DNA of 64,000 bases, from assembly GCA_963718565.1 (NCBI GenBank), contig OY970364.1:1600001-1664000 (forward strand), read 5' to 3'. The notes under the pieces are model-generated. The model made no database searches and was not told the DNA's origin. It saw only the letters and a list, made by a program, of their open reading frames with translations. The stretch is from an uncultured Verrucomicrobiae bacterium. GTDB lineage: Bacteria; Chlamydiota; Chlamydiia; Chlamydiales; Rhabdochlamydiaceae. The position numbers and the translations under genes were made by a program. Every line of letters starts with the position of its first letter. Position 1 is the stretch's first letter. Below are positions 1 to 12,286 of the stretch, in pieces.

Positions 1-740
1 TCCGCAAGATCACCAATCTGTCCAAAGACTCCAATCAACATCCCCAACCAAATAGATTCCGTCAAAGATAAACTAAAATGGCCATCGAAAAATTGCCTTC
101 CTGCACAATGAATCAAGACACTAGCAATGACAGCAGAACCAAAACCTGCAATAGCTCCTTCAACGGTTTTCTTGGGGCTTAGTGTAGGGGACAATTTCGT
201 TTTTCCCCACAGCCTTCCCACAAAATATGCACTGACATCTGTAATCTTGGTGACTAAGATTAAATAGACGAGCCACCAACGCCCTTCTTGAGGCATCCCA
301 TGGTGAGGAATAGGATACAGAACCCCTAACATTAGCCCCAAAGGAGCTGCAACATAGACAACACCAAAAAATTCTACAGCAATCGTTAATAAAGCATCGG
401 TAGTATCTTTAAAATGCAATAGAAAAAATATCACCATTGCAATCACAAGAACTAAAATCGGAAGCTGCGGAAAGTCTACAAAGACAAGAGATGCGTAGAG
501 AGCAACGACCTCCCCAATCGCTGCTGCGACCATCCAACGCTTTGCCGGTTCGACACCTTTATTGGTTGCGAGTCGAGCATATTCCCAAATGCCAATTGCA
601 GCAAGAGCGGCAACGGAAAGCATCAATAAGACGCTGACAGAAGTATTCGTAGAAAAAGCGATTAAACATGTGACAATCACACCTAAAATACTCGAGACTA
701 CCAAGCGGCGATTTAAATCCGCCATCTGCTTTAATTTCAT
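1..740 (-). CDS. cdsA: Phosphatidate cytidylyltransferase (3' end runs off the window)
   Basis: Manual minus-strand translation gives a hydrophobic protein with TKITDVSAYFVG...PTLSPKKTVEG; directly downstream of uppS. Confidence 0.9.
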   Translation of the reverse strand, partial: MKLKQMADLNRRLVVSSILGVIVTCLIAFSTNTSVSVLLMLSVAALAAIGIWEYARLATNKGVEPAKRWMVAAAIGEVVALYASLVFVDFPQLPILVLVIAMVIFFLLHFKDTTDALLTIAVEFFGVVYVAAPLGLMLGVLYPIPHHGMPQEGRWWLVYLILVTKITDVSAYFVGRLWGKTKLSPTLSPKKTVEGAIAGFGSAVIASVLIHCAGRQFFDGHFSLSLTESIWLGMLIGVFGQIGDLA

Positions 741-787
741 TCGTCAATCTCGGGATTCAAAATGTTGACTTTTGAAAATTGGCATCA

Positions 788-1567
788 TTATCCACCTAAA
801 CGTCGTTGTCGTTGTTGAATGCTGCATATTGCTTGAAGCAAAGAATGTTCATTAAAATCTGGCCACAAGATGTCCGTCAGATAAAATTCACTATAACAAA
901 GTTGCCAGAGCAAAAAATTACTCTGTCGATTTTCACCACTGGTTCGAATGAGGAGCTCTGGATCGGGCCATTGGGCCGTATCGAGATATTGGCCAATCAG
1001 TTGCTCTGAAACCTGCTCCTTTGACAATTTCCCTTCTTCAAAATCTGCGATCATAGCTACAAATGCGCGACGAATATCATCCCGACCACCATAGTTGATC
1101 GCCAAAACCAAATCAATCTTTTTACAATGGGCCGTACAAGCTTTTGAAAATTCTAATTCATTTAAAACCGAAGAAGGGAGACGTTTTAAATCTCCGATGG
1201 CTTGCAAACGCACGCCTTCTTTGACCATCGCCGCTCGTTCTTTAAGAAAATAAATTCTAAAGAGATGCATTAAGCCATCAACTTCTTCCCTGGCTCGATT
1301 CCAATTTTCTGTAGAAAATGAAAACACAGTAAGAGTTTTCACGCCTAATTCAGAAGCAGCTCTTACGATCTTCGTTAGAGTTTCAGCCCCTTTCCAGTGT
1401 CCCATGATCGCAGGGAGCCCTTGCTTTTTGGCCCACCTTCGGTTGCCATCCATAATGATGGCAACATGCTTAGGAATCTTATCTGAGTCTAAAAAAGCGA
1501 GGTCTTCCTGAGAATAAATGGATTGCTTTTCTTCCTGAAGAGAGTCTTCAATAATCAAAGAATTCAT
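788..1567 (-). CDS. uppS: Undecaprenyl diphosphate synthase
   Basis: HVAIIMDGNRRWA, FSTENW and IRTSGE..SNFLLWQ motifs. Confidence 0.97.
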   Translation of the reverse strand: MNSLIIEDSLQEEKQSIYSQEDLAFLDSDKIPKHVAIIMDGNRRWAKKQGLPAIMGHWKGAETLTKIVRAASELGVKTLTVFSFSTENWNRAREEVDGLMHLFRIYFLKERAAMVKEGVRLQAIGDLKRLPSSVLNELEFSKACTAHCKKIDLVLAINYGGRDDIRRAFVAMIADFEEGKLSKEQVSEQLIGQYLDTAQWPDPELLIRTSGENRQSNFLLWQLCYSEFYLTDILWPDFNEHSLLQAICSIQQRQRRLGG

Positions 1568-1571
1568 AGCT

Positions 1572-2876
<1,305 letters not shown>

Positions 2877-2983
2877 CTATATCTAAAGTTTTAAAGCCCG
2901 TATAATAATTAAGAATCAGCGACTAGCATAACGGATAGTCGATTTGAATGGGTATTTTTTTCTTAGATGAGGAGCAAGCTACT

Positions 2984-3042
2984 GAGGGAATTGCAAAACT
3001 AACAAAACGGGGTGATTTTCCGAGGGAAATTATTTAGCTAAG
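2984..3042. repeat. Family D element, left-end remnant (GAGGGAATTGCAAAAC terminus)
   Basis: Near-identical to 24273-24330. Confidence 0.85.
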
Positions 3043-3309
3043 TTGATGCTTTTCACCAGTATCATCTGTGATGCACGCACTATACTACCATCGGGAGATT
3101 GCCAGACCTCGAGCTTGTAGGTTATGTCCTTAGGCACAGTCTCTAGTTCTTGAACGACATAGGTCTGGTAGCCCTTAAAGCGAGATCCTTGGTTTTTGAG
3201 GACGTACTAATTTCCTATACCCTGCCTCGAATCACTTTCGGTATAGACAGAATCAAAAGAGATACGTATCCTTAGTCTATTAAAATTCTTTTAGAATGTG
3301 GACACAAAC

Positions 3310-6300
3310 ATGGAAAAGCAAAAGAAATGGCAGCTTTATTTGATCATCGCTGTCATTGTGTTGACTATCTACAATATCTTACCCACAGTTTTTTATTACT
3401 CCAAACCTCTCAAATCACCTATTGATGCCAAGCGCTCCAATACAATTTCTGAGCAGATTGTCACGCGTGTCAATACATTAGAACCGCAAGCAAAGGATTG
3501 GCTCGATTCTTTCTGTAACCTACTCAAGGTAAAACCACTTTCTATCACTACTAATTCCGAGCAGCCAGAATTTGTAAATATCGCATTTAAAAATATCGAG
3601 GATGCGAATAAATTCCGCCAATTTCTTCCAAGGGCCGGAGCTTTAATCCCTTTTGTCCCAGCGCAGCTCACGCTCTACGATCCCGATGATACGACGACAA
3701 AAAATGTCCTTGTCCAGCGCCGTGTCCCTATTCATTTCGATACGAAACAACTCAGCAACTACACGGAATTCTCTGAAAAATTTGATACGAAGAATGACCC
3801 GACTCCTCTTTTTCGCGCTTTGATTGAAGACCGAGCTATGCAGGTCGGCATCGCTTTTGCCGGAACTCCAGAAAATGCTTTGCTCGTCCAGGCGCTCTCT
3901 AACAAACTCGACGAGCAGCAATCCCAAGAAATCATCATTCCGCTTGCCCAAAACATTGTTTCCTTTACAAAAGTCTTTGGTGAAAATTCGACCATCGCCT
4001 CACGCTATTTCTCCTCATTTACCCAAATAGATGTATCCGACCGCTCGAAATTAGTGCAAAATTTCATCAGCGCCCTAGACAATCTCAAAGAAAAAATCAA
4101 GATTGAGAAAGGCACCCTCCGAGAAGAAAACGAAAAACTCAAAGCGCAAGGACAATATCTAGAAACCGTCAAGCAACAACAGCTTGAGCTCCTCACATCG
4201 CGTGAGAAAGTCCTCGGCCTAGCTTCCGCTATTGTCAAACGAAATACTCGAGCTTTTGCTGCCGGACGAACGCCGTTTACTTTTGCTGCTTTAGCTGCAG
4301 CATTGCAAAGCAAGTCGAGTGATAAAGTTCAAACGATTCCTTTCGAAGGAAGCAATCCCTTCATTGAAAAACTTTCGATCGATTGGAGCAATGAAACCAT
4401 CTATTTGGCTTTATATTCCGATATTGCAGAGTTTAGACAAAAGCTCGACCTCAGCACAAAGCAATTGCATCTTCGGGATCAAGCAGACCAACTCCTTTAC
4501 GATGAAATCGCAATGGCCTCCCGCCAAACTGGTGAAGAGATTACGCCTTTTCAAAATCAATTTGAAATTAGATTGAGTCATTTAAATAATAGTAAGAGCT
4601 TTTTGGCGATGAGCTTAAGCAGCATTGCTGTTGCAGAATGTCAGCAACTTCGCGAAACTCTCACGACAACCTGGCATCCCCAGCATCCCGACTTGAGTCC
4701 GGCCTCATTCCCGATCTACGATTATGAGACATATCTAAAACTCCCTGCTTCGGAGCAGAACTTTGGACTTGTGATCTACGCTCCTGTCTTGCAAAAAAAA
4801 GTTCCTCAAGGTTTTCGCATGAACTCGATTTATGTGATTGCCAAAGGCATGGACAAATTTCTTCAACGTTTGTCGAGCGAAACACAGTCGGAACAGACGA
4901 CACAATTCATCCAAGACTTTAATCATCTCCGTGAGATCTTGCAGCGCAATGGCTTTGTCGGGTATTCCGGCGCTACCTATGCAATCAACTCTGAATTTTC
5001 ACAAGATTTCATCTTCGAAGGAGAGGATTACTACCAAACTGTCCTGAAAGCAACCCGTGAAGATTTCGCCGTTCATGGAACGAAACGCTATGCCGTTTTG
5101 GAATATACAGATATCGAACAACGGATTTTGACAGAGAACAAAATTGATAATCACATCCACGAGGACCTGCTCAAATGGCGCGACGACTATTATGCTGCTA
5201 AATTGAACATTCGCGGCGTTTCAAAATTTGATGTGCCAAAGCCAACTAAAAATGTCTTCTGGGACAATTTTAAATTGAGCACTGTGAAATACTTCCGCGG
5301 CGATGATCGCAAAGTCCTCCACTGGGGATTAGATCTCTCTGGGGGCAAGACAGTTCAGATCGAATTGCGCGATAGCAATCATCGACTCGTTACCGATGTT
5401 GACGATATTAAGCAAGGAATCAACGAGCTTTATAGCCGCGTCAACAAGATGGGAGTATCGGAGGTCAACATCCGGCAAGAAGGGAATTTCATCACTCTCG
5501 ATTTTCCAGGCTCGCAAGGCCTTTCCGCTGCAGAACTTGTCAAAGCATCTTCGATGTATTTTCATATCGTGAATGAGAAGTTTGGGCCGAATAACCCACA
5601 GCTCGCGGATGCCTCCAACCGCTTTTTGCAAGAAATTTGGAACGAGGCTGTCGTGACAAACCGCAAGAGCATCGATGACATCAACGCAATCGCTTGGAAA
5701 CACCTCTATGGAGATTCTCTAGACCCCGACGTGATCCAGCCTCGCAGCGAATCCGCTCGCATCCTCTACGAAAATGGCATGAAGCTTGCTAACCCGCAGG
5801 AATCGACCGTCACTAGCGTCTTTGACGAAACTTATTCTAAGATTGCAACGTTCCGCAGCGGTGACTTTACGGATTGGCAAGGACAAACCCATCCCCTGCT
5901 CATCGTTTTCCGCAACTTTGCTTGCGAAGGTTCAAACCTCGAAAACATTCAAGCATCTTATGATCCCTCCAAGGGAAATTATCTCGCCTTTGCGGTCAAA
6001 GGAGGTTACACAAATAAGGAAGGGTTGAAAATCAATCCGCGCGATGACCTTTATGCCTGGACATCGCAGTTCGCAAAGGAAAAAATTTCAGGAACACCCG
6101 TCGAAGCTTATTCCAACGGTCGTGGTTGGAGGATGGCCGTGATTCTAAATGATTCGGTCATTAGTGCGCCTACACTGGATTCCGCTTTGAGGGACAGTGC
6201 GATGATCAGCGGCAGCTTTACGCAAAGAGAGATCAATCAACTCGAGGCTGATTTGAAAGCTGGATCATTGAGCTTTACACCCCATATTCTTTCTGAGAAA

Positions 6301-7866
6301 AACGTCAGCCCTGAATTGGGGTCCAAAGAGCGTTTCATTGGAGTTTTGGCAACTATCCTTTCTTTGTCATTTGTCATAGCAACCATGGTCAGCTACTACC
6401 GTTTTGGCGGACTTGTTGCCTCTATTGCTGTGATGTTCAATCTCTTCTTAATGTGGGCAACTCTGCAAAATTTGCAAGCGACGATGACACTCGCAGGAAT
6501 TGCAGGAATTATCCTGACGCTCGGCATGGCAGTCGATGCCAATGTGCTTGTCTTTGAAAGAATCCGCGAAGAATTTGCCGTTAGCGGACGCATCGCCTCT
6601 GCAGTGCATACAGGATACCGCAAAGCATTTTCTGCCATCCTCGATTCCAACGTGACGACAATTATAGCGGCACTTGTTCTGTTGCATTTCGACTCAGGAC
6701 CCATCAAGCAATTTGCTATCATGCTGATCATCGGAATTATCTCATCGATGTTTACAGCTCTGTTCATGACGCGCTTTTTCTTTGCCGGGTGGGTGCAAAA
6801 TCCAAACCACAAGAGCCTCTCGATGCTCAATTGGTTTAAAGCAAGGAGCTACAACTTCCTGAAACACACGAAAAAAACAGTCGTTTTCTCTGTAGTCATT
6901 ATCCTCATTGGAATCTTTACCTTAATCGCCCAGCGCCATTCCATTTTTGGAATGGATTTTAGTGGCGGTTATGCACTCAATGTGGAATTGCAAGTGCAGG
7001 CAGAAAAAATCAATTACCGTAGTGCTGTTGAAGGAGCATTGATGAAAGCGGGCGCCTCGCAACAAGAATTTCAAGTTCGCGAATTGACGCCTTCTAACCA
7101 TGTGCGGATCTTCCTCAGCCGAAGTTTACAACAGAGCGGCCATCCATTTTTTGGAATGCCCATTGAAAATGACTTAAAAGAACCTGTTTATCCCTTCGAA
7201 ACAAACCCAAAAATTGTTTGGGTTGTCCAAGCTTTAAACAAGTCTGAACTTAAGATCCCCTCATCTTCTTTGCAAAATTTAAGTAAAAATTGGACGGATG
7301 TCAGTGGGCAAATATCGGACACGATGCGTAATAACGCAATCATTGGCTTGAGCCTTGCATTGCTGTGCATTTTGCTCTATATCACGATTAGATTTGAATT
7401 CAAATATGCGATCAGCGCGACGCTATGTCTTGCGCATGATGTCGTGTTCACAATCGGAACTCTTGCAATTTTGCACGCCTTGGGAGTAAGCATTCAGATC
7501 GATCTCAACACCGTTGCTGCGCTTATGACAATCGTAGGATACTCTCTTAACGACACGATTATTGTCTTCGATCGTATCCGTGAAGATGTACGCCTGATGC
7601 GAAAATCGAGTTTCTCCGAAATCATCAATCATGCATTAAACGTCACATTAAGCCGCACCATGATGACTTCGGGAACCACCCTCCTAGTGCTTATTCCACT
7701 AATCCTTCTTGGCGGCACTACTCTCTTTGGCTTTTCGCTTGTCATGGCCATCGGGGTCATTTTTGGCACACTCTCATCGTTATTCATCGCCGCACCTTTG
7801 ATGAAATACTTCCATGATCGAGAATTGCAAAAAGAAAATAAAATGGTGCTCAAGGACATGACATGA
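3310..7866 (+). CDS. secDF: Large chlamydial SecD-SecF fusion
   Basis: GLDLSGG, GMAVDANVLVFERIREE, GMDFSGG and GYSLNDTIIVFDRIRE; the ORF track starts at GTG 3298, ATG 3310 preferred. Confidence 0.95.
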   Translation: MEKQKKWQLYLIIAVIVLTIYNILPTVFYYSKPLKSPIDAKRSNTISEQIVTRVNTLEPQAKDWLDSFCNLLKVKPLSITTNSEQPEFVNIAFKNIEDANKFRQFLPRAGALIPFVPAQLTLYDPDDTTTKNVLVQRRVPIHFDTKQLSNYTEFSEKFDTKNDPTPLFRALIEDRAMQVGIAFAGTPENALLVQALSNKLDEQQSQEIIIPLAQNIVSFTKVFGENSTIASRYFSSFTQIDVSDRSKLVQNFISALDNLKEKIKIEKGTLREENEKLKAQGQYLETVKQQQLELLTSREKVLGLASAIVKRNTRAFAAGRTPFTFAALAAALQSKSSDKVQTIPFEGSNPFIEKLSIDWSNETIYLALYSDIAEFRQKLDLSTKQLHLRDQADQLLYDEIAMASRQTGEEITPFQNQFEIRLSHLNNSKSFLAMSLSSIAVAECQQLRETLTTTWHPQHPDLSPASFPIYDYETYLKLPASEQNFGLVIYAPVLQKKVPQGFRMNSIYVIAKGMDKFLQRLSSETQSEQTTQFIQDFNHLREILQRNGFVGYSGATYAINSEFSQDFIFEGEDYYQTVLKATREDFAVHGTKRYAVLEYTDIEQRILTENKIDNHIHEDLLKWRDDYYAAKLNIRGVSKFDVPKPTKNVFWDNFKLSTVKYFRGDDRKVLHWGLDLSGGKTVQIELRDSNHRLVTDVDDIKQGINELYSRVNKMGVSEVNIRQEGNFITLDFPGSQGLSAAELVKASSMYFHIVNEKFGPNNPQLADASNRFLQEIWNEAVVTNRKSIDDINAIAWKHLYGDSLDPDVIQPRSESARILYENGMKLANPQESTVTSVFDETYSKIATFRSGDFTDWQGQTHPLLIVFRNFACEGSNLENIQASYDPSKGNYLAFAVKGGYTNKEGLKINPRDDLYAWTSQFAKEKISGTPVEAYSNGRGWRMAVILNDSVISAPTLDSALRDSAMISGSFTQREINQLEADLKAGSLSFTPHILSEKNVSPELGSKERFIGVLATILSLSFVIATMVSYYRFGGLVASIAVMFNLFLMWATLQNLQATMTLAGIAGIILTLGMAVDANVLVFERIREEFAVSGRIASAVHTGYRKAFSAILDSNVTTIIAALVLLHFDSGPIKQFAIMLIIGIISSMFTALFMTRFFFAGWVQNPNHKSLSMLNWFKARSYNFLKHTKKTVVFSVVIILIGIFTLIAQRHSIFGMDFSGGYALNVELQVQAEKINYRSAVEGALMKAGASQQEFQVRELTPSNHVRIFLSRSLQQSGHPFFGMPIENDLKEPVYPFETNPKIVWVVQALNKSELKIPSSSLQNLSKNWTDVSGQISDTMRNNAIIGLSLALLCILLYITIRFEFKYAISATLCLAHDVVFTIGTLAILHALGVSIQIDLNTVAALMTIVGYSLNDTIIVFDRIREDVRLMRKSSFSEIINHALNVTLSRTMMTSGTTLLVLIPLILLGGTTLFGFSLVMAIGVIFGTLSSLFIAAPLMKYFHDRELQKENKMVLKDMT

Positions 7867-9596
7867 TATTAAGTCAAAATGATCCCATCTGGATTTATCC
7901 TCAAGTCGATCCAGAATGGCACAAAATGATCATCAAAGAATTTAATATCCATCCTGTAACAGCTCACATTCTTGCTTCACGAGGTTTTAAATCTTTGGAA
8001 GACATTCATGATTATCTCTATGCGAAACTTCCCAATTTGCTCGATCCCCAGTTATTTCCCGACATGGACAAAGCTGTGAATCGAATTTTAGAGGCACTCA
8101 AACTTAGAGAGCACATTCTCATCTATGGAGACAATGATGTCGATGGGATTACAGCTGCTGCCCTGCTCACTGAATTCTTGCGATTTATTGGAGCAAATGT
8201 CTTCTTCTATGTTCCAAATCGCAATACATTAAAACAGAGTGTCATCCTCGATGCTTTGGAATACGCAGTCGCAAATGAATGCAAGCTGATCATCACCGTT
8301 GATTGCGGGATCACTTCAGCTGCCGAAATCGAAGAAGCCGTGCAGCGCCATATCGATGTGATCGTTACCGATCATCATGAACCGACAGCAAAAATTCCGC
8401 ATTGCATCGCGACATTAAATCCAAAACTGTTTAATAGCACCTATCCCAATCGCAATTTAACTGGCGTCGGCGTCGCTTTCAAGCTCGCCCATGCGGTCAC
8501 GAACGCACTCATTTCAAATGGGTCTATCAGCGCTTCTAAAGTTGATCTTAAACGCTACCTCGATCTTGTTGCGCTTGGAACAATTGCAGATATGGGTTCC
8601 CTCCTCGGCGAAAATCGCATCCTCGTACGCTATGGATTGCGTCAATTGCGTAAAACAAAGCGGATCGGGCTTGCAAAACTCTTTACAGTCTGTGACCTTA
8701 AATTGGGAGAAATTACTCCCATTGACGTCGCCTCCAAGGTGGCCCCCCGTTTGAACAGCTTAGGGCGTATTGCGGATCCTCGAAAAGGGGTTGAACTTCT
8801 TTTAATCCGCGATCCTGTCGCTGCTGAGGCTTTGGCTAAGGAATTGGATTTAAACAATATTGAACGCCAAAAAATTGAAAGGCGTGATTCAGAGGACGTG
8901 GAAGATTTGATCTTAAAAAACCCTCAAATCCTCAGCCACAAAGCCATCGTGCTCTACTCCGACAAATGGCATCCGGGGATTATTCCCATCATCACTGCGA
9001 GAATCGCTAAGCAGTATAACCGGCCTACTATCGTCATCTCTATTGATCAGGGCGTCGGCAAAGGCTCGATCCGCACCATTCATGAATTTCCTCTGCTCCA
9101 ACACTTGCGCGACAATGCAGACATTCTTGAAAATTTTGGCGGTCATGACTTTGCTGCAGGTTTGACTATTCGCGAAGAAAACATCAAAAAATTTCAAAAC
9201 AACTTCATCACTGCCGCTGATCAACAACTCAAAGATCACGATGTCATCGCTAAACTGCACCTTGATGCAAAGATCAATTTTGGCGATCTGACTTTTGACT
9301 TTATGGAATCTTTCAGTCTTCTTGAGCCTTTTGGCAATGAAAATCCAGCGCCGATTCTTTACTGCGATGCTAAACAGATTTGGCCGCCTAAAGTGGTTGG
9401 GAAAACGCATCTGAAGCTCTACCTTGAGCAGAATGACAGAATGCTTGAAGGAATCGCATTTGGCATGGCAGAAAAAAGGGAGCGCCTTTTAAAGAAAAGC
9501 TTAACGCTGCACATCGCTTTCACCCCGCATATTAACGTCTTTCTGAATAAATCGAGCATTCAATTACAAATCCGCGACTTTCAAATTGTCAGCTAA
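7863..9596 (+). CDS. recJ: ssDNA exonuclease RecJ
   Basis: DHH family motifs (GDNDVDG, VDCG, TDHH, GGH). Confidence 0.95.
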   Translation: MILSQNDPIWIYPQVDPEWHKMIIKEFNIHPVTAHILASRGFKSLEDIHDYLYAKLPNLLDPQLFPDMDKAVNRILEALKLREHILIYGDNDVDGITAAALLTEFLRFIGANVFFYVPNRNTLKQSVILDALEYAVANECKLIITVDCGITSAAEIEEAVQRHIDVIVTDHHEPTAKIPHCIATLNPKLFNSTYPNRNLTGVGVAFKLAHAVTNALISNGSISASKVDLKRYLDLVALGTIADMGSLLGENRILVRYGLRQLRKTKRIGLAKLFTVCDLKLGEITPIDVASKVAPRLNSLGRIADPRKGVELLLIRDPVAAEALAKELDLNNIERQKIERRDSEDVEDLILKNPQILSHKAIVLYSDKWHPGIIPIITARIAKQYNRPTIVISIDQGVGKGSIRTIHEFPLLQHLRDNADILENFGGHDFAAGLTIREENIKKFQNNFITAADQQLKDHDVIAKLHLDAKINFGDLTFDFMESFSLLEPFGNENPAPILYCDAKQIWPPKVVGKTHLKLYLEQNDRMLEGIAFGMAEKRERLLKKSLTLHIAFTPHINVFLNKSSIQLQIRDFQIVS

Positions 9597-11330
9597 ACTA
9601 ATAAATTCTTCCACATCATTGGCCACAGCTTTAGTGGCCTCTTGCCAAAATGAGCTTTGGGTCAAATCTATCCCGAGATGTTTGTTTGCGAGATCCTCCA
9701 CAGACAGCATCCCTGTTTCCCTGAGTAATGCATCGTAGCTCCTTGCAAATTCAGCTCCTTTTTTCTTTGCTTGCATATAGAGTCCTAAACTGAATAAATA
9801 GCCAAACGTGTAAGGGAAATTATAAAAGGGAACAGTCGTGAAATAAAAATGCAGTTTCGAAGCCCAAAAATAGGGGTTCCACACGGATAATGCATTGCCA
9901 TATGCCATTTCTTGCGATGCTTGCATCAATACACAGAGTTCACGCGAAGATAAGAACTGCATTTTACGCCGTTCATAAAATTGGGTTTCAAAGAGAAATC
10001 GAGCACGGATATTCATCATAAAAAGGATGGCACGTTGGATGCGATCTGCAAGGATTTTCAGCTTGTCTTTGCGGGTTTTGCATTGCTGCAATAGTGCATC
10101 GCTGATGATTTGCTCAGCAAAAGTAGAAGCAGTTTCGGCAACATTCATACGATAATGCTGACAAAAACTCGGCAAATCTTCGACCATGGCATTATGATAA
10201 GCGTGCCCTAACTCGTGTGCTAAAGTCGACAAATTCACCATCGTCCCACTATAGGTCATAAAAATGCGACTTTGCTTTGATCTAGGAAATGCAACACAGT
10301 ACCCGCCAGGTCTTTTTCCGAATCTATCCGCAGCCTCAATCCATTTTTCTGTGCAGGCCTTCTTAGCAAAATCTCCCATTCTCGGGTGAAATCTTGCCAA
10401 TTGTTCAATGATCATCGAAGCGCCTTCAGAATAGGGAATCATTTCAGTTTTGGAGTCAAAAAGAGGAGCTTCGATATCGTACCAAGCAAGTTTTTCAAGA
10501 CCTAAAAGCTTAGCTTTGAGCTGTAAAAATGCAAGAAGCGGTTTTTTCTGTTCTTCCACAGCATCCCACACCACTTTTAAAGTCTGTTTTTTCATGCGGT
10601 TTTCAAACAAAGGCTCTTGCAAAGGATCTTCCCATCCCCTTTGCCTATAAACATGCAAACGGAATCCAGCAATATGATTTAAGACTTTGGCAAAAATGGC
10701 CTCTTTTTCCTTCCAACATTTTTCCAGAGAAAAAAATAGCGACTCTCTCACATTGCGGTCTGGATGCGTTAATTGATTTTCTGCTTGGCCAAAAGAAAGG
10801 AGTTCTTTTTTTCCTTCCGTTTCAAAAGGAACTTTAATTTCGCTGACAAGTGTTGGATATAGATCACTCCATCCGTGATAACCATCGACAAAAAGCTCCG
10901 TCATTAAGTTCTCTTTGTCGGAGGACAGCTTTTGGCTGGCCCGCAATCTTCTTTCTTCCAATACAAAGCGAATTGTGTCAAATGTTGGGCCCGCGACCAG
11001 TTTGGGGTCAAGCTGCTTCAACTGATGATCAAACTCATTGTTAAAAATCTGAAATGTTGATTCCAATATGGAGAATTCAGCGCGCCATTGATCAGCGCGT
11101 TCATCTTTAATATTTTGGGACTGCAGACATAGGATAAATGCATCGAGCTGGCGAAGATCTAAATCGATCTCCTGCATCTTATAGACCAATCCTTCGAATT
11201 CTACTGCTTCCTTGAGTTTTACTAACCCTTGAATCTCGGCTTTTAGCCGCTCCATTTCTCTAGCAAAATCTTTGGAATCACTCCCTCCCGAAAAAAAACA
11301 GTCCAAATCCCACTCTACAGCATATTCCAT
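9564..11330 (-). CDS. pepF: M3 family oligoendopeptidase F
   Basis: TLAHELGHAYH and VAETAS; start moved to MEYAVEW (SD GTGGTGGA) because the upstream extension crosses a repeat. Confidence 0.88.
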   Translation of the reverse strand: MEYAVEWDLDCFFSGGSDSKDFAREMERLKAEIQGLVKLKEAVEFEGLVYKMQEIDLDLRQLDAFILCLQSQNIKDERADQWRAEFSILESTFQIFNNEFDHQLKQLDPKLVAGPTFDTIRFVLEERRLRASQKLSSDKENLMTELFVDGYHGWSDLYPTLVSEIKVPFETEGKKELLSFGQAENQLTHPDRNVRESLFFSLEKCWKEKEAIFAKVLNHIAGFRLHVYRQRGWEDPLQEPLFENRMKKQTLKVVWDAVEEQKKPLLAFLQLKAKLLGLEKLAWYDIEAPLFDSKTEMIPYSEGASMIIEQLARFHPRMGDFAKKACTEKWIEAADRFGKRPGGYCVAFPRSKQSRIFMTYSGTMVNLSTLAHELGHAYHNAMVEDLPSFCQHYRMNVAETASTFAEQIISDALLQQCKTRKDKLKILADRIQRAILFMMNIRARFLFETQFYERRKMQFLSSRELCVLMQASQEMAYGNALSVWNPYFWASKLHFYFTTVPFYNFPYTFGYLFSLGLYMQAKKKGAEFARSYDALLRETGMLSVEDLANKHLGIDLTQSSFWQEATKAVANDVEEFISLADNLKVADL

Positions 11331-11350
11331 ATCCACCACTGACTCTAAGA

Positions 11351-11392
11351 ACGTGGGTTTTGGATTCACTGAAAGGAACCCAAAACTTAAGT
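11351..11392. mobile_element. Family H mini-MITE, 42 bp, 5-bp TSD TAAGA
   Basis: Degenerate ACCTGAGTTTTGG TIRs; TAAGA at 11346-11350 and 11393-11397. Confidence 0.75.
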
Positions 11393-11829
11393 TAAGAAAC
11401 TCCTTCGTCAAAATTAGAAATAAGCCGATTCAAATAGCTTTCCTGATATTTTTTTAAATCATCAATATGCACAACCCAAGCCGATCCTTTTCTTGAGGCT
11501 TTTAAAAGTCCAATTCGCGTTGCGTAATAAATCTTTTGGTAAGGAACATTCAGCAATTTAGCTGCTTGCTGAATCGAATAATATCCCTTTTTGTTATCAA
11601 AAATCAATTCACCATTATGCATCGATTTGGTTCTGGAGTACTTCAGTTTCCGATAGTGCTCTAGATCTTCAACATCGATAATCCAACGCGTGGGATTTTT
11701 ATACGCACGCAATTTTTTTTGCTTAATCGCAACGTAAATGGCCTGACGGGTCACGTTGTTAATTTTAGCAGCTTCAGAAAGCGTTACGAATTTCTTATCC
11801 GTAAGCTCTCCGTCTCTATTTTCACTCAT
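11392..11829 (-). CDS. euo: EUO-family helix-turn-helix regulator (paralogue 2)
   Basis: Two HTH repeats; VTRQAIYVAIKQKKL and YSRTKS signatures. Confidence 0.85.
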   Translation of the reverse strand: MSENRDGELTDKKFVTLSEAAKINNVTRQAIYVAIKQKKLRAYKNPTRWIIDVEDLEHYRKLKYSRTKSMHNGELIFDNKKGYYSIQQAAKLLNVPYQKIYYATRIGLLKASRKGSAWVVHIDDLKKYQESYLNRLISNFDEGVS

Positions 11830-11985
11830 AAGTAGGGTCTCCCATTTTTAATACAAATGATTATATAAGGTAATTATTAATTTTCGTTAAAAGGTAGCAC
11901 AAAAAGGATAAAAAAAAATCAAAAAGTTTTTACTCTGTGTGTAAGATTTTTTTTTATTATTTAAGCAATTAAAAATTAACTGCTT

Positions 11986-12148
11986 AAATGACCTCCTCGT
12001 GGCTGCGAAGACACGAGAAGGTCCGGGGAACCTTCGTAAGTGGCAAAGCAGGTGAACGAAGAGCGAACCGGGGCCGAAGGCAGCCGCCGCCAAGGCGACA
12101 GGTGTCAAAAGCGCGATTTTATACCGCGAGGAGTCTTGCAATTCCCTC
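11986..12148. repeat. Family D right end carrying the shared hairpin module F
   Basis: Ends TTGCAATTCCCTC; 12084-12148 matches the reverse complement of 21394-21460; 12002-12072 matches 33135-33200. Confidence 0.8.
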
Positions 12149-12160
12149 TTAGGAATGACC

Positions 12161-12206
12161 AAAAAGAAAAAAACCGCTGAAGGGATTCTTCCCCTCCGAG
12201 CGGTTT
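12161..12206 (-). terminator. Probable intrinsic terminator of the upstream euo
   Basis: AAACCGCT...AGCGGTTT stem followed by a T-tract on the minus strand. Confidence 0.6.
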
Positions 12207-12286
12207 CTGTAACGCATCGGTTCTCAGGGCTTTTTTTTTGCGCTCATCTTCAAGATGAAACCCTGAGCAGTTTTCCATCTTGAAAA

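Noticed and set aside
11331..11411. N-terminal extension of pepF (and likewise mscS 41022-41141) as in-frame repeat inserts
   Set aside because: Better starts with SD sequences lie downstream of the repeats; the extensions are ORF-caller artefacts.
12002..12100. Possible SRP RNA or other housekeeping ncRNA
   Set aside because: Lacks the SRP helix-8 CCGGAAGGAAGCAGC signature and recurs in several repeat elements.
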